This document shows, piece by piece, positions 50,295 through 63,814 of a DNA stretch of 64,000 nucleotides. The stretch comes from Octopus vulgaris. Lineage: Eukaryota. The position numbers were made by a program, and so were the translations under genes. The notes under the pieces are model-generated. The model had not been told where the DNA came from. It was given only the letters and a program-made list of their open reading frames with translations, and did no database searches. The stretch is taken from contig OX597827.1 of the NCBI GenBank assembly GCA_951406725.2, positions 44,578,001 through 44,642,000 of the forward strand. The letters run 5' to 3'. How positions within the stretch are numbered: position 1 is the first letter of the stretch; the number at the start of each line of letters is the position of its first letter.

Positions 50295-50746
50295 CCCTTT
50301 AGCAATTAAACCAGCCATATCTGGCCAAAATAAATCTACCTATTTTATCTTGAAAGTGGCCAGATCCGACCTCTCGCACTTATCCTACAATGCCATTAGA
50401 AAAAAATAAACAATCACGCCATTGAAATCTCAAAGCCATTAGATAATGCAAGATTAATTCAAATCAGTCTGAATAAATATGTATACCTTACATTTAACAG
50501 AGAAATCTGAATGATTAACCCTTTAGCATTTAAACCGGTCATATCCGGCCAAAAGTATTCTGCCTGTTTTATGTTCAAAATGGCCAGATCTGGTCTCTCA
50601 CACCAACCCTACAATATCGTTTTAAAAATTAACAGCTACCTCATCAGAATCTCATAGCTACAAGATAATGCATGATTAGTTCAAAACAATGTAGATGAAA
50701 AGGCATTAATTTTGGCAGAATAATGCGAACACTAAAGGGTTAAGGG
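50295..50746. mobile_element. TTAA-type MITE with a second family member (50519-50739) inserted at a TTAA in its right terminus
   Basis: ...CTGAATGA TTAA|CCCTTTAG...CTAAAGGG|TTAA GGG TTAA. Confidence 0.88.
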
Positions 50747-51594
50747 TTAAGTAGATTTAGGGCAGATAAAAGTTAGCCAAATAACAAGGCACAACCCACA
50801 GATCATCTTTTCATTTAAAGCATCTCTCCATGCAGCTAAGGAACCTACTGCACAATTTGACATGCTTTGATGAATAGTAATGGGATGCAGTGCAACTGTT
50901 TGCACATATTGCACTGTCTCCTTTCCACTCTAGTTGTGCACTGAGATTCTTGCAGCAACTGCAATTGATGCAGCAGATAAGGTAGACTCATTTAGAGCCC
51001 CGTAGTTAGTTTTTGTCTGTTTATTATTGAAGGCCTGCATCATAGGACAGTGTTTGCAATCAGGGATGCCATTAGATGTTGAAGTTATTTTTGTATGTTT
51101 TTCTGGGGTTTTTTTTATATATATACACCTTTGCTTGTCCCTCTCTCAGCCTTTAGACTCTCAAAACCATCACCCACTCCACTGTTTAAGTACTCTCCCT
51201 CCCCTTTTAGTTGCAGGGACTTCTTGTTCCCCTTTCTTTTTTGTTTTTCAAGTTATTTGGTGCCAGGAGCATAAGAAAAATACCCTGGACACTGTAAAGA
51301 GGTTGGCATCAGGAAGGGTACCCAGCCATAAAAACCATGACAAAGCTGATGTTAGAGCCTGGAAAACAGATGTTAAATGATGATGATGATGGGGATATAT
51401 ATATATACCTATTTTGTCTGTGCCATTTTAGAATCTACTATAATACTCTTGTGTTTTTCTCCATCACAACATATGAATGAGAAAGGAAGGGGTGATAAAT
51501 GAAGAAAAAAAAGGGAGGGGTGATGGCAAACTGGTGGAATGGTGAATATTCAACGCTAAAAAGAAAAATTAAAATTTCTGTGTGCATACATATA

Positions 51595-51758
51595 TTCTTT
51601 TATTCTTTTAGACATTTGACTGCGGCCATACTGGAGTGCTGCCAGGACTTATTCTTTGTAAACCTAGTACTTATTCTGTCAGCCAATTTTGCCGAACTGC
51701 TAAGTTATGGAAATGTAAACACACCAACAGTAGTTGTCAAGTGATGGTCAAGGGACAA

Positions 51759-51797
<39 letters not shown>

Positions 51798-51940
51798 TAT
51801 AACGAGCTTCCTTCAGTTTATCGTCTACCAAATCCACTCACAAGGCTTTGGTCAGCCTGAGGCTATAGTAGAAGACACTTTCCCTAGGTGCCATGCAGTG
51901 GGACTGAACCCAAAACCATGTGGTTGGGAAGCAAGCTTCT
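51595..51940 (-). mobile_element. Family A SINE
   Basis: Consensus match with a central (CA)n. Confidence 0.8.
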
Positions 51941-52035
51941 CACTACAGTGGTATATATGTAGCATCCTTATACTCCCATTTTTTCAAGGGTGTGTATGCT
52001 TAGTTTCATTTCCATGCAACCTTACATCACCATTG

Positions 52036-52085
<50 letters not shown>

Positions 52086-54594
52086 GGTCGCATAGTTGTA
52101 ACTTAGTTTAATTATTGCATCAATTATTAATAGTAACAAACAATGTAACCTTATTTACTTCTGTAAGATAAAATATTCAGTTATTGTTTAAACATCTCTC
52201 TACACCTGACTCCACCCTCAGTGAAGATGGAGAAGGGGCAAAGACAAATAAATAGAGAGCCAGTCACAGCAATAGATGCAATTTGCTGATCCAGCACACC
52301 AGATATAACAAATCTTTTGCCTGATTGAGACATACTCTGTCTCCTCAAACATATATCATTAAGCTAATGTTAGGAGCATAAATTGTGACTAAGGTTTGGT
52401 GGAAGATTTTAATTCAGAACTTTTGAAAACAAGACATTTGTACTACAGAGCCAGAGGCAGTTTCAGGCAGGTTGGTATCAAAAGGGTTAAGACAAGTAAA
52501 GTGGGTTGTGTCTTGGAAGAGTCATTACACCAATAATATCACATGCACTGGTTCAATATCACTTCTTTATTGCTAGTTAGTTGGTTGGTTAAATATCTCA
52601 CCAACTAATTAATTGATCATTTGTTTAATGTGGTGGTTAAACAATCAATCGGTTGTTTGTTAGTCAAAGTTTTTTCATCACCATTAGTGACCTTTTTAGT
52701 GACTTCCGTCTCACTCTCCAAACCAAGCGCAAAAAAGAAGAGATTTGAGGAAAATTTGGTTGCTATTTTCAACAGGTCTAGCAACCTTGGTGGTGGTGGT
52801 GGTAGTAATGGTGGCTTTCTCTCTTAGGGCTGTGCCGGAATACTGTATCCATGTATGAGGTACAGTATGTGTTTAAGTGTTTGCTTGGTGATGTGTATTG
52901 ATATAATGTTGATCTGAATGTATTGATATGATAGTATCTTATTACTTTGCCTTCCACCTACACCTTGTATATAAGCACACACTTTGTAAAAAAAGGCAGG
53001 CTACCCTCCCTCCCATCCACCATCGCTCTTTTATTTCTTATCAACTGAGATTATTGACAAGCTAAAACAACTCCTATGGCCAGGAATGTTACTTCCCTGT
53101 CACCTCTGCTACCTACACTCCAACCAACACCACCACCAAGACAAAGTGAGAGCTTTTGTGTGATCACAGGACTTGCTAGAAATAGCAGCCAAATCTCTCC
53201 TTTGCTTTACATTCTATTGTATTTGGAAAGAACATGTTGGATCTCAGATCAAATCACTTGCTATGCAAGTACATCTCCATAATGTTGGATAGTGTTGTCT
53301 TTAGTGGTCATGTCTAGAATACCTTTGATCATAGGTCTGCTTGGTTAGTGCTTACCTGATGTTAAATAACTGGGGTAACAACACTGTTCTACCTGCTGAC
53401 CTACAGTATTCTTTTATGTATGTTAGTGCTAGAAATAACAGCCAAATCTCCCTTATATTCTGCCTTATTGTCATGAAAACTGGGAAAGACACATTGAATG
53501 ATGATGTCCAAGATGCACCCTGTTGGCAAATAAATACATTTGTAAATAGACAGGATGGTCATGTGTGAAAAGAGTTTTGACCATAGGTCTGCTTGATCAC
53601 GTTTTGATCACTTTTGACTTGGGGTTAAATAAACAAAAGTAAAAAAGAAAAGTAAAAAAAAAAAGAGAAAAAAAAGCAAAAAAATCCCCCTCTGTTTTCA
53701 GGCTTTAAAATTGTTAATTTTCATTTATTTATTTATCATGACTTATCTTAAAGGTTAGTTGTGTAAAGTGAGAGGGGGAGGAACTTTGTGGAGTTGTGTG
53801 TGTAGTAGTAATAGTTTGGTCCAGCTGGTGTAGATGAGTGTGTGTGTGTGTGTGTGTAAGTATGTGCTTGCCTGTCACTGTGTGATCAAGCTAGTCAGTT
53901 GTGAGATTCTTTGAAGAGTTCAATGCTAGGTCAAGATGCATAGTTCTATATTTGTTGTGAGTGATTTCTCATTTCTTTTCTCTTTGTCTTTCTCACTGCT
54001 TTATTTATTTATTTATTTTTTTTGTCTTTTTTACTCTCTCTCTGAACACACACACACATATATATATTGCCTTCAATAGTTGTCTCAACCCTCCTCCACA
54101 TTGGTTTTATATTTTTTTTTGTTAATCTATTAGTGTAGCTATTGTTAGTTTTTTTTTTCTTTTTTCAAATCAATTATATTACATCCTACCAATGACTCAA
54201 GCTTGACCTACATAGAGAATTAAGAAGGAAATATAAACTCATAATCCCCCCCCCCCATACACACAAACATATTTTACCTCTAGTACTGAATACTCTCTTC
54301 TTTCATCTAAAACCCTACACCAATCTGCTTATATACACATATTCATATAATGGCTTTACCCCAGCATGGCCACAGGCCACAGCCTTTGGGTTGGAGCACA
54401 AAAGAAATAAAGGACAATGTATGTATATGTGTGTGCTGGGGCACTTATTGCCTTCAAGAGTTATGTTAAGCACAAAGCCCTAATACATATCTCACTTTAG
54501 TACTTATTTTATTAATTCCTGTATGTTGAACTGTTAAGTTATGAAATATGGAGGATCATGAGATAGATTGCTCCTTTTAAGTTTTGTGAATGCA

Positions 54595-54890
54595 CATGGC
54601 TTAGTGGTTAGGGTCACGATTGTAAGGTTGTGAGTTCACTTTCAGGTGATGTGTTGTATACTTGAGTAAGACTTTGTATTTCATGCTGCTCCTGTCCACT
54701 CAGCTAGCAAAAATGAGTAGTATCTGTAATTCAAAGGGCCAGTCTTTGAATTACACACATGCTGAATCTCCCTGAGAAACTACATTAAGGGTACGCGTGT
54801 CTGTTAATTTCACAAGTGCCTGTTAATTTCACAAGCTGGCTGCTCCATTGAGTGGGTCAGCTGGAACAGTCATCGTAACTGACAGCATGC
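54595..54890 (+). mobile_element. tRNA-derived SINE sharing the family E head
   Basis: ATGGCTTAGTGGTTAGGG...GAGTTCAC...CTTGAGTAAGACTTTGTATTTCATGCTGCTCCTGTCCACTCAGCT. Confidence 0.65.
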
Positions 54891-57039
54891 CAGATAAATA
54901 GAGATGCTCACACACACACATGTTGGTACACACACACATGTTCGTACACACACACACACACTTGACTGTGATTAAATAGTTTACTTAGCAACATTTTTAA
55001 TCATAATTTCATGTGCAGTACTTTGGGCCAGCATCTTTTACTATAGTCTGAGGGGTGGGGGGGCAACCATAGTCCAAAGCCTTCTGAACAAAAATTCCAT
55101 AGGTGAAAACTGTATGGAAGCCTGTTATAATTTAAAGGGCCTTTGTGTGGTTAATTCTGCTTGGGGATTACATTAACAGTCCATTAGCATCATCCTCATA
55201 GTTTTAACATCCACTTTTCCATACTCACATGAGTGGAACAGAATTTGTCAAGGCTGATTTTCTCCAGCCAGTTTGTCCTTCCTATCACCAACCCTCACCT
55301 ATTTCTTTCCTCATTTTGATACTGCATAATGGTTTGAAACCAGCATCATTCGTTTCCATGTCAGGCCACAGGAGAGTTGAACTATGAAAGGATAAAATTC
55401 TGTAATATCAAACTAAGTAAATTTACAGTCACATTCCACCTCTATCCAGACACACACACATACACACACATCATTCTTTTATAACTTGTACTGTGTTACA
55501 GTTGCATACCACCTCCATTTATCTCTCTTTTTCATCCCCTATAACTTGCCTCATGCATCAGTTCCACCCCCACCCCCCCAACTACTTACACATAATCCTT
55601 CTTCTCTATATAACCCTCTGGAATTTAACTTCCCTTCTCACCCGTCAGTTTTCTTGGATGTCATGGACTTTCAGATATTGAAACTGAACATCAACTGTAT
55701 CAATCTCACCCGTTTCAGAGGTCTTTGGAGGGTTATAGGCACTCCTCTTTCCTCTTAACTAAGCCATGAAAACAACCAAAATAAATAGTTGGATAAAAAT
55801 ACATGTTCTGTATGCCAAGGACATTCAACAAAGTTTAAATTTTGATATTTTCCCCCCTCCACTTCTGTTCTGTTTTCTTTTGTCATCTTTTGAGATTTGA
55901 CTCTACACTCAGCTGAACTGCACAAATTGTATTTATTCTACAATGAAAGCCGACTTAATTATCTGCTAATTAATAATTTAAAAGTCGAAATGAATTATTC
56001 ACTCGAAAGTTTGAAAATTCTGATACGAAACAACTGAATATCTTTTTGAGGTAATTCATCTATAATTGAGCTAGTTTGCATTACAAAGAATACACCTGGG
56101 TGTACTTGAACTGAGTGAAAGGAAACTTGAAATATTTAGGCTAAATTTTTTTTAAATGAAACAAACATTGTACAAATCCACCATGTAGTTATCATTGCTT
56201 CCTGTCTATCAGTGTCTTGCATTTCAAAGTATATAAACATGTTTCATTGATATTTTATATAGCAATTGATGAACAATAGTGTGATTGGTTACAGGCTTCT
56301 GACATGTCAGTGACTGGTTCACTGCATTTCTCACAGAAATGGTGATATGGAAGTGTTTGTAACTCATTGCTGAGCAAATATCTCAAAGGGCTATGTTTGA
56401 AAACCATGGGATGTCTTTTTGGTTATTTTTGCGTTCTGAGTTTTTCTCATCAATATCCTTTAACTGAATACAAAAACAATGGCAGAAGACTCACTGAAAC
56501 ATGCATGCACACAGACACACATGGCATCTACAAAGCTTCCATCTGCTAAGCTGCACTCACAAGGCATTTCATCTGTTTGATGCTATGGTTGAAGCCACTT
56601 TCCAGTGTACTGTACAGTGGGATCAAACATGGAAACTCATGGTTGCAAAGAGAATTTCTTAATTACATAGTTATTCCTGTGCCCAGATTGTATAGAATTT
56701 GACCATATTTCTTGAGAAATAAACTGCCTTGTTACATTATCTAATTAACATGAAAATAATTAAGAATTTCAAGGGGTTTAATAAAAACTATTAACTTTTT
56801 CATTAACCTGGCATTTGGAACATAAACTGAGTATTTCAATTGATTTTCAACATAATCAAAGCTTGAGATGTTTTTTTCTTTTTTATTCTTTAATTTCTGA
56901 AGCTTTATGTATTAGTATATTACACTGGTGTTGATTCCTTCCAATGTTGTACTTCATTTACACTACAATCAAAACTTTGAAATTCTAATTTAAATATGTG
57001 CACTTTAGTCACAGGTGGGTCAGTAGATAATTAGTCCAC

Positions 57040-57390
57040 ATTACTCATAAGGAGCATAGGACCACGGCCATTTTGTGCCAGTGGATGCCTTCTCGGGCTA
57101 CCTTCTTGATTTCAGACTGAGAGGTACTGATCATTTTTGCATCATCCTCTATGCATCTTTTCCAGGTCTCCTTAGATTGTCCAACTTTCTTCTTTCCTTT
57201 CAGTTGTCAGTCTAACACTTGCATTGCAATGCTGCTTGGAGATCTCCTTGGAGTGTGTCTGATCCAGACCCATTTCCTTTTCAGATTTTTCTTGATTTTG
57301 GTTCATTTTATCCCATAGTCTTCTATCCGAAATTTTGTCTGGTTACCACATCTTGAGGATCTGGCACAAACATTTTTTTGACAAATTTTC
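57040..57390 (-). mobile_element. Degenerate RTE LINE 3' fragment
   Basis: Minus peptides KCLCQILKMW*PDKISDRRLW, KRKWVWIRHTPRR and KGKKKVGQSKETWKR match the RTE C-terminus (CLRxILxIxWPDxISN, WxWIGHTLR, GRPKxTWRR). Confidence 0.7.
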
Positions 57391-60373
57391 TGGTCTGTCA
57401 AGAATGACCGTGACAATAGGGAAAACGTTAATTAAGCAGGTGCTCGAAGCATAACTAAACAAAAAGTTTTTTTTTTTTTTACTTATAGAATTAATTGTGG
57501 GAGATTTTAATTTAAATATGGACAGTTTAAAATGAACAGATTTTGTGTTATAGAACCAACCAGGTGTGGCTTCAGCTAGATGTGTATGCTATCAGAAAAT
57601 GTAATGGAAAAATTTTATTATACCTAACACTTTCATTAGCAGTTGACATAATTGGCTACTTCCCTTCCTGAAAATTTGTAGCTTTCTTCCTTTGTTAAAA
57701 AGAACCATTATGCTGGTGCTTGTAACTATGTAGCCTCTAACAACATCTTGAGAAGAAACCAGATTCTCACACTGGATGGAAGAGCTTGAGAATGACCATC
57801 CTTCAGTTGACATGGGGAAATCACCCCTGCTGAAGACCTCCATCTTGGCTCAGAATCACCATACATTCAGTGTAAGATATTCAACTGCTTAAGAATGAGA
57901 TTGGGATTATCAAAAGTTGCTTTGCTCAGATGGGCTTACAAAATCAACCCAACTACTTGGGAATCTGTGGAGAAGCAGCTCCAACTATGGAGCATGGCCT
58001 TCTACTTTCCAACAGCTGCAGTTAGGGCCAGGTCAAAACCCATAGAAGCCCTAAGCACTGAAAAGCACAATATATGTAATAATAAACATAAATGTTTCTG
58101 TGAAAAAACAGAAAAAGATGATTGCTGTTTGGCTATTACACTTCAAAACCAACCATTCACAATGTTTGTTTCATCAAGCTGATCAATCAGCCTGGGTGTC
58201 TCAAGAGGGTCAAAAATTTTCATGGCAATTATGAAAATCACATTCATTTATTTTTTTATTTCTGAGAAACCAATAAAAATGTCATGAATATTTTAATGAT
58301 TGAAACTTTTCGTAATTTTAGCCAATCAGATCCATCTGTTCTCAATATTATGGGAATCCACAATTTCTTATATAGCAAACTAGCAGTATCACCTGGTGTT
58401 GCTTGGGTTTGTTTCGACCTTTTAGAATTGGAATTTTTGAAAAGTAAAAATTTTGAATTATATAGTTTGTTGTTCTCTTTAAGTGAACATTTTTCTGGTT
58501 AAAATAGACCAAAAAATGGCAATACAGCAGTAAAAAAATCGTAAAAAATAGGGATTTTCATAGAAAAAAAGCACCTTTTTGATGTGAATAATTTTTGGTG
58601 TTAATATGATCCGATTTGAATTTTTTCTTCTACAGAAGGAAGAGCAAGCCTTCTTCTATCATATTCTCAATTTTGGTCAACTTGTGCTGCAGGGTCTCAG
58701 AGGAGATAGTGTTAGTTGAAGGCTACCAAACCTGCCATACACAGACAACTTCAGTTTTATATATAGAGAGATTAATTGATACCATTGTGGGATTATGGTT
58801 AAGGTTTATTTAGCATTAAGGATTAATATTTGCAATGCATCACAGAATTTCATTGAAAATGTGTATGTGTTGTTTTCTTTCATGAAATATTTTCATCTGT
58901 AAATATTTTTGTAATATTCTTGTTATTAATTTCTCAAAACATAACAAGTTTTGATTTTTGTAACCTAATGTCTTGAAAACAACAACAAAATTTACTCTTT
59001 CCACTATGGTATGTAGACAATGGACAAATCTAGTTGGCTAAAATTACCAAAAGAATTTTTATCTGTTTGTGATTTTTGTAGTGGTATGAAAAATGACATT
59101 TGCTCTTTTACTTGTTGTTGTCATACAACTGTGGCCATGCTGGAGTATCACCTTGTAGTATGCTTGTCAAACAAGTTAACCCCAGTACTTATTTTAAGTT
59201 TTTCTTACCAAAAGACTAAGTTGCAAGAATGTAAACAAACCAACACAGGTTACTATGTGATGGAGGCTGGATGGGGACAAAGATAAGTACACACACACAC
59301 ACATATATACACACACAGCATTTCTATCTGCCAAATTTATATAGAGTAGAAGACACTTGCCCAAGGTGCCATGTAATGGGATTGAACCCGAAACCACACA
59401 TTTGTGATATCAAAATATGCTCTCTAGAACTACATTATTTTACATGAACCACCGATAAAGTGTGGTATGAGGGATATTTTTAGCTGCTGTTTCTAGCCAG
59501 TCAGAGCTCCCTCATTTTACTTCTAATACTTCTGTGAGTGCAGGCAGCATGGAAGAAAGGAAATAGGCATGTCAATATATTTTTAATGGTGATTTATCCC
59601 TTGTGGGGGTGGGAGTGATGGGGTGGGGCTGTGCCAGTTGTGGCGGGGAGGGGGTTATGGGATGGGTATTGAGTATAATGTCATTCAGTAAGTACTCAGT
59701 TGCCTGACTAAATAAACTTTTGAAACCCTTGAGTCAGCTGACATTATCATTACTTGTACTCACTCCCCCACTCCCACTTCATTTCCCTTAACAGGTGAGC
59801 AGGTATGTCAGTTAAAAAAAAGTTAATCAAGTCTAAGGTGAATGTCATTTCCTTTATATTCCTCTTTCCTCTGCTGAGGTTTTTATGTTCATTCATACTT
59901 CTAATTTTAAGTCAGCAAAGAAGCTATTTTAGCAGAAAACATCTATCTACCCATCCATCTGTTTATTCATTTACCTATCTACCTACCTGTCTATCTGTAT
60001 TCTCTACCTGTCTATCTACTTATCTACCTACCTATATATGTTAGGCAGTGGGAGTTGCTATGTGTGTGTATACACACACACACTCATGTTCTTGTGTGTT
60101 TGCCACATGTGATGTACAGAAATTCTATTATCAATTTTTGTCATTAAATCATGGTTTGAGAGTACTTTCATTAAAAAACACTTTAAGTGTGCAAGCACAT
60201 TAGACAAGCCTATTAGCCAAAGCTTAATGCGTGCAGGTTAATGTCTCCTTGTTGTGTATAAAGAAAAGCAGTTAAAACATACAAACAGGAAAAAACGAAT
60301 AATTAATATTTCTCATTCATGAACAATACATAAGCGAGCATTAAGGGTCACTGTTAGCTCTGTTATAGCTTAA

Positions 60374-61045
60374 CCCTTTCTTTAACATATTTCTGTTGAA
60401 ATAAATCCCTGCCTTCACTCCAATTAATTTTCAAAATAACAAAGACTTTAACAAAATAACTTTGTCTTTATTATTATTATTTATTATGGCCGGGTTCCAA
60501 TCCAGGCTGCAGTAACAAAGTCTACCTGCCAAGCTTTTCAGTCCATCATCACTGCCTCAATGTCCTGGATACATTCCAGGCCGGTATCTGCAATCAAGTT
60601 GTCAATGTAAGTGTGACAACATGTTCCTTCTTACATCACCACGAAGTGGGTTCCACAAAACTAATTTGGATGCTTCCAGCTCAGGATGGCACACACAGTG
60701 ACCAAGTGGTCACAGCCATCTTTGCATGATCTTCTCACTAACTTTCAGCATTCATTTGTCATATGCTGCTGCCATTTCACATCTAGGTTTCAATCTAGAT
60801 CACTTAAACCCTTCTAATACCAACCGCCTGAAACTGCCTTTGCTTCTTTGACACAAACTTTAATAAAAACCTTCTGTCAATATTCCAATTCAATTTATGA
60901 TCCAAACAATAGTTTAATAATGACAAATTTATTTTAATAAATTCTTTGTTTGTTTCAAAATAAATCGAGACAAAGTCTTATATTTCAACAGAAATATGGT
61001 TAACAAAAGGGTTAAACAAGGAGTTTGTATCATAGAACCGCAGGC
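60374..61045. mobile_element. Nest of TTAA-type MITE pieces with an antisense RTE 3' fragment (~60468-60790)
   Basis: TTAA|CCCTTT and AAAGGG|TTAA ends with long inverted similarity (CATATTTCTGTTGAAATA / TATTTCAACAGAAATATG). Minus peptides GHCVCHPELEASKLVLWNP and TYIDNLIADTGLE, with a (TAA)n tail. Confidence 0.65.
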
Positions 61046-62487
61046 AGTCTTAGGTATCAGAAGGGTTAAACTTAGGTACCACTAACTATAGCAATGCTTC
61101 ACAGCCTTTTTCCATTTGCGGTACACTTATATTCTTTTCAAAATTTTGTAGCACGTTTGAACTAAAAATATAACTAAATAGGGGAAAAAATTATATTTGG
61201 GGTTACACTGTGGCACACCAGTGTTCCACAACATACCGGTTGCAGAACACTGAACTATAGCAATAACTTAAAGATACCGCTAACCATAAAAATAGCTTGA
61301 ACAGAGGTACTAATATCCATATCACTATATTATAAAGGAGTGTGTTCAGAGATTGAGTTCAAACCTATTGCAATGGTGTTGTATTCTTGGACACGAGTAC
61401 TTCATTCTATATTGACCTCAGTCTGACTAGTAGTTTGATGGATGACCTTGAAATTGAAAGTCCAGTTCACTGCATCAGTGCATACAGCACAATACATGTG
61501 TGTGTGTGTAGGCATGGGCATGTGGTTTCCAGTTCGGTCCCATTGTGTGGCACTTTGGATAAGTGTCTAATGGATCAGGGTCTCGCCATTAGATTTGATA
61601 GATGGAAACAGAGAGAAGCCCATTATGTTTGCGTGTGTTTTTATCTCCTTGTCTTAACATTGTTTGATAGTTGTAAACAAAAGCAACTGTCATACAAGCA
61701 ATGTCCTTCACTTCCAGTCTTCCATGGAAACATGTCCAGCTTATGGGGGAAATATTACAGGAAAACAGGTGAAGGTTAGCAAGAGAAAGGGCATCAGGTT
61801 GTAGAAAATTTACCTCAAAAAATTCCACAATACACACGCAAGCAGCATGGAGATGTTAATATATATATATTTATATATAATGTTACATATTCTGAGTTCA
61901 AATTCTTTTCAGAAGGTTAATAGTTTAACCGGTGAGAGTTGGGGAGGATGATAAAATAGTTAGTACTTTTGTACTGGTCATTAGCTGAATTAACTAAATT
62001 CCCTTCTCCATATAGATTTTCATTGTTCACGTCAATGTTATTAACTTTATTCAGCAAACATAACCCTAGTCCTTATGAAGAATTCCTGTATACCATATCT
62101 TCTGAAAAATAAAAGAATAAAGATTACACAAGGAATGGAATTTACTCAAATATCTGCACGCATATCTCATATTTGAATACTGTCTTTATTTCTGTGTCAA
62201 GTATCTCCTTGAAGACTCCCAGCTGGCCCTAGTCGATATGGAGGTTATCAAACAACTGGCAGGAAGAGTCTAAAATGTTATTATTACTATTATTTGTATC
62301 CCAGCATTGCACACTGTCTGTAACCAAAGACGTTTAACTTTCAAATGGTTTGGTCTACCTCCAGACTTGTAAATAAATGATTAACCCTAGCTCATACTTG
62401 ATTCAGCAGACCTATAATAAACAGCATTCCAGAAGTGACCATCCCACCATTTTATATACTCCTGACTACAGTGTCCAGTATCTGGTC

Positions 62488-62488
62488 T

Positions 62489-62520
<32 letters not shown>

Positions 62521-62628
62521 TTAATGTCCTCTTTCCATGTTGGCATGGATTAGATAGTTTGACAGGAACTGGCAAGTCAGAAGGTTGTGCCAAATTCTAC
62601 TGTCTACTTTGACATGGTTTCTATGGCT
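62488..62628 (-). mobile_element. RTE 3'-tail element (family C), short
   Basis: (CAT)n TTAATGTCCTCTTTCCATGTTGGCATGG...CATGGTTTCTATGGCT. Confidence 0.7.
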
Positions 62629-63429
62629 TTGCTTATTTTTATAAGATGGTAAGGAATGATTTGAGGAGAATTTGGGAGTTCTTGAACCTATCAGCTCCTG
62701 TCAAACCATCCAGCCCATGTCAGCTTAGAACATGGGCATTAAACACTGTTGATGGTGGTGATGATGATGGGTAATACAACATTAGGTATCTTATGCCTGA
62801 AGTCAAAATGGGATGTGGAATGGACATGAATGGGATACCTTTCACCATAAGCTTACTCAGTGAAGTCAATTTTGGCTAAACAACATTCTTACATTTCAAG
62901 ATTTTGATAGAAAAATTTAATATATCAATAGGAAGGGCAGTGATTAATTTTCCACAATATATATTCTTTCCTTGTGACAGAAAAATTATTTTGCATATGA
63001 ATCACCAGCTGTCTGTCTTTCTCTCTCTCTGTCTATTTTTCTCTCCCTCTGCCTGTTGCTCTCACTGTCTCACATTCTCTCTCTCTCTCTCTCTCTCTCT
63101 ACCTATCTATCTATCTATGATCACTATTGAACTTGAACTTTCAATTAAGTTGGTGGTGTTGTGTTAATAATGGTCACTCTCTCTCTGCTTTCCATTTGCT
63201 CCAACAAAGAGCAGTAGTCAGTGACCTTTCTATTCCAGGTGCATTAGTCCTGAAATCCATTAAAGTATGTAAACAGTATTTGCTGCTATGGAGTTTAGAA
63301 CAATTTGAAAATGGCCAACTAGTGTCACACATTAAGAAAGAGCTGGGCAACCAACCATGTCTTGTGCCAATGACAACATTGAACAAGCTTGTGACATGGT
63401 CCTATTGAGCAGGCTGCTGACTATTATTC

Positions 63430-63814
63430 TTTTATCCTTTTACTTGTTTCAGTCATTTGACTGTGGCCATGCTGGAGCACTGCCTTTAGTTGAACAAATC
63501 GACCTAGTACTTATTCTGTCGGTCAGTTTTTGCTGAACCGCTAGGTTAGGGGAATGTTAACACACCAACATCAGTTGTCAAGCGATGTTGGGGGGACAAA
63601 CACAGACACAAACATATACACACATATACATACATACATATATATATGTATGACGGGCTTCTTTCAGTTTCCGTCTACCAAATCCACTCACAAGGCTTTG
63701 GTCAGCCTGAGGCTATAGTAGAAGACACTTGCCCAAGGTGCCATGCAGTAGGACTGAACTCAGAACCATGTGGTTGTTAAGCAAGCTACTTGCCACACAG
63801 CTACTCCTACGCCT
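63430..63814 (-). mobile_element. Family A SINE, near full length
   Basis: Consensus match with a small deletion. Confidence 0.88.

Noticed and set aside
57592-57930. 83-aa minus ORF faintly resembling an RTE RT N-terminal region
   Set aside because: Too degenerate to call confidently; not a host gene.
62065-62112. CCTTATGAA (PYE) as possible MAEA exon 2
   Set aside because: Preceded by AGT rather than AG|GTN, continues EFLYTISSEK to a stop, and does not resemble LNKKFR.
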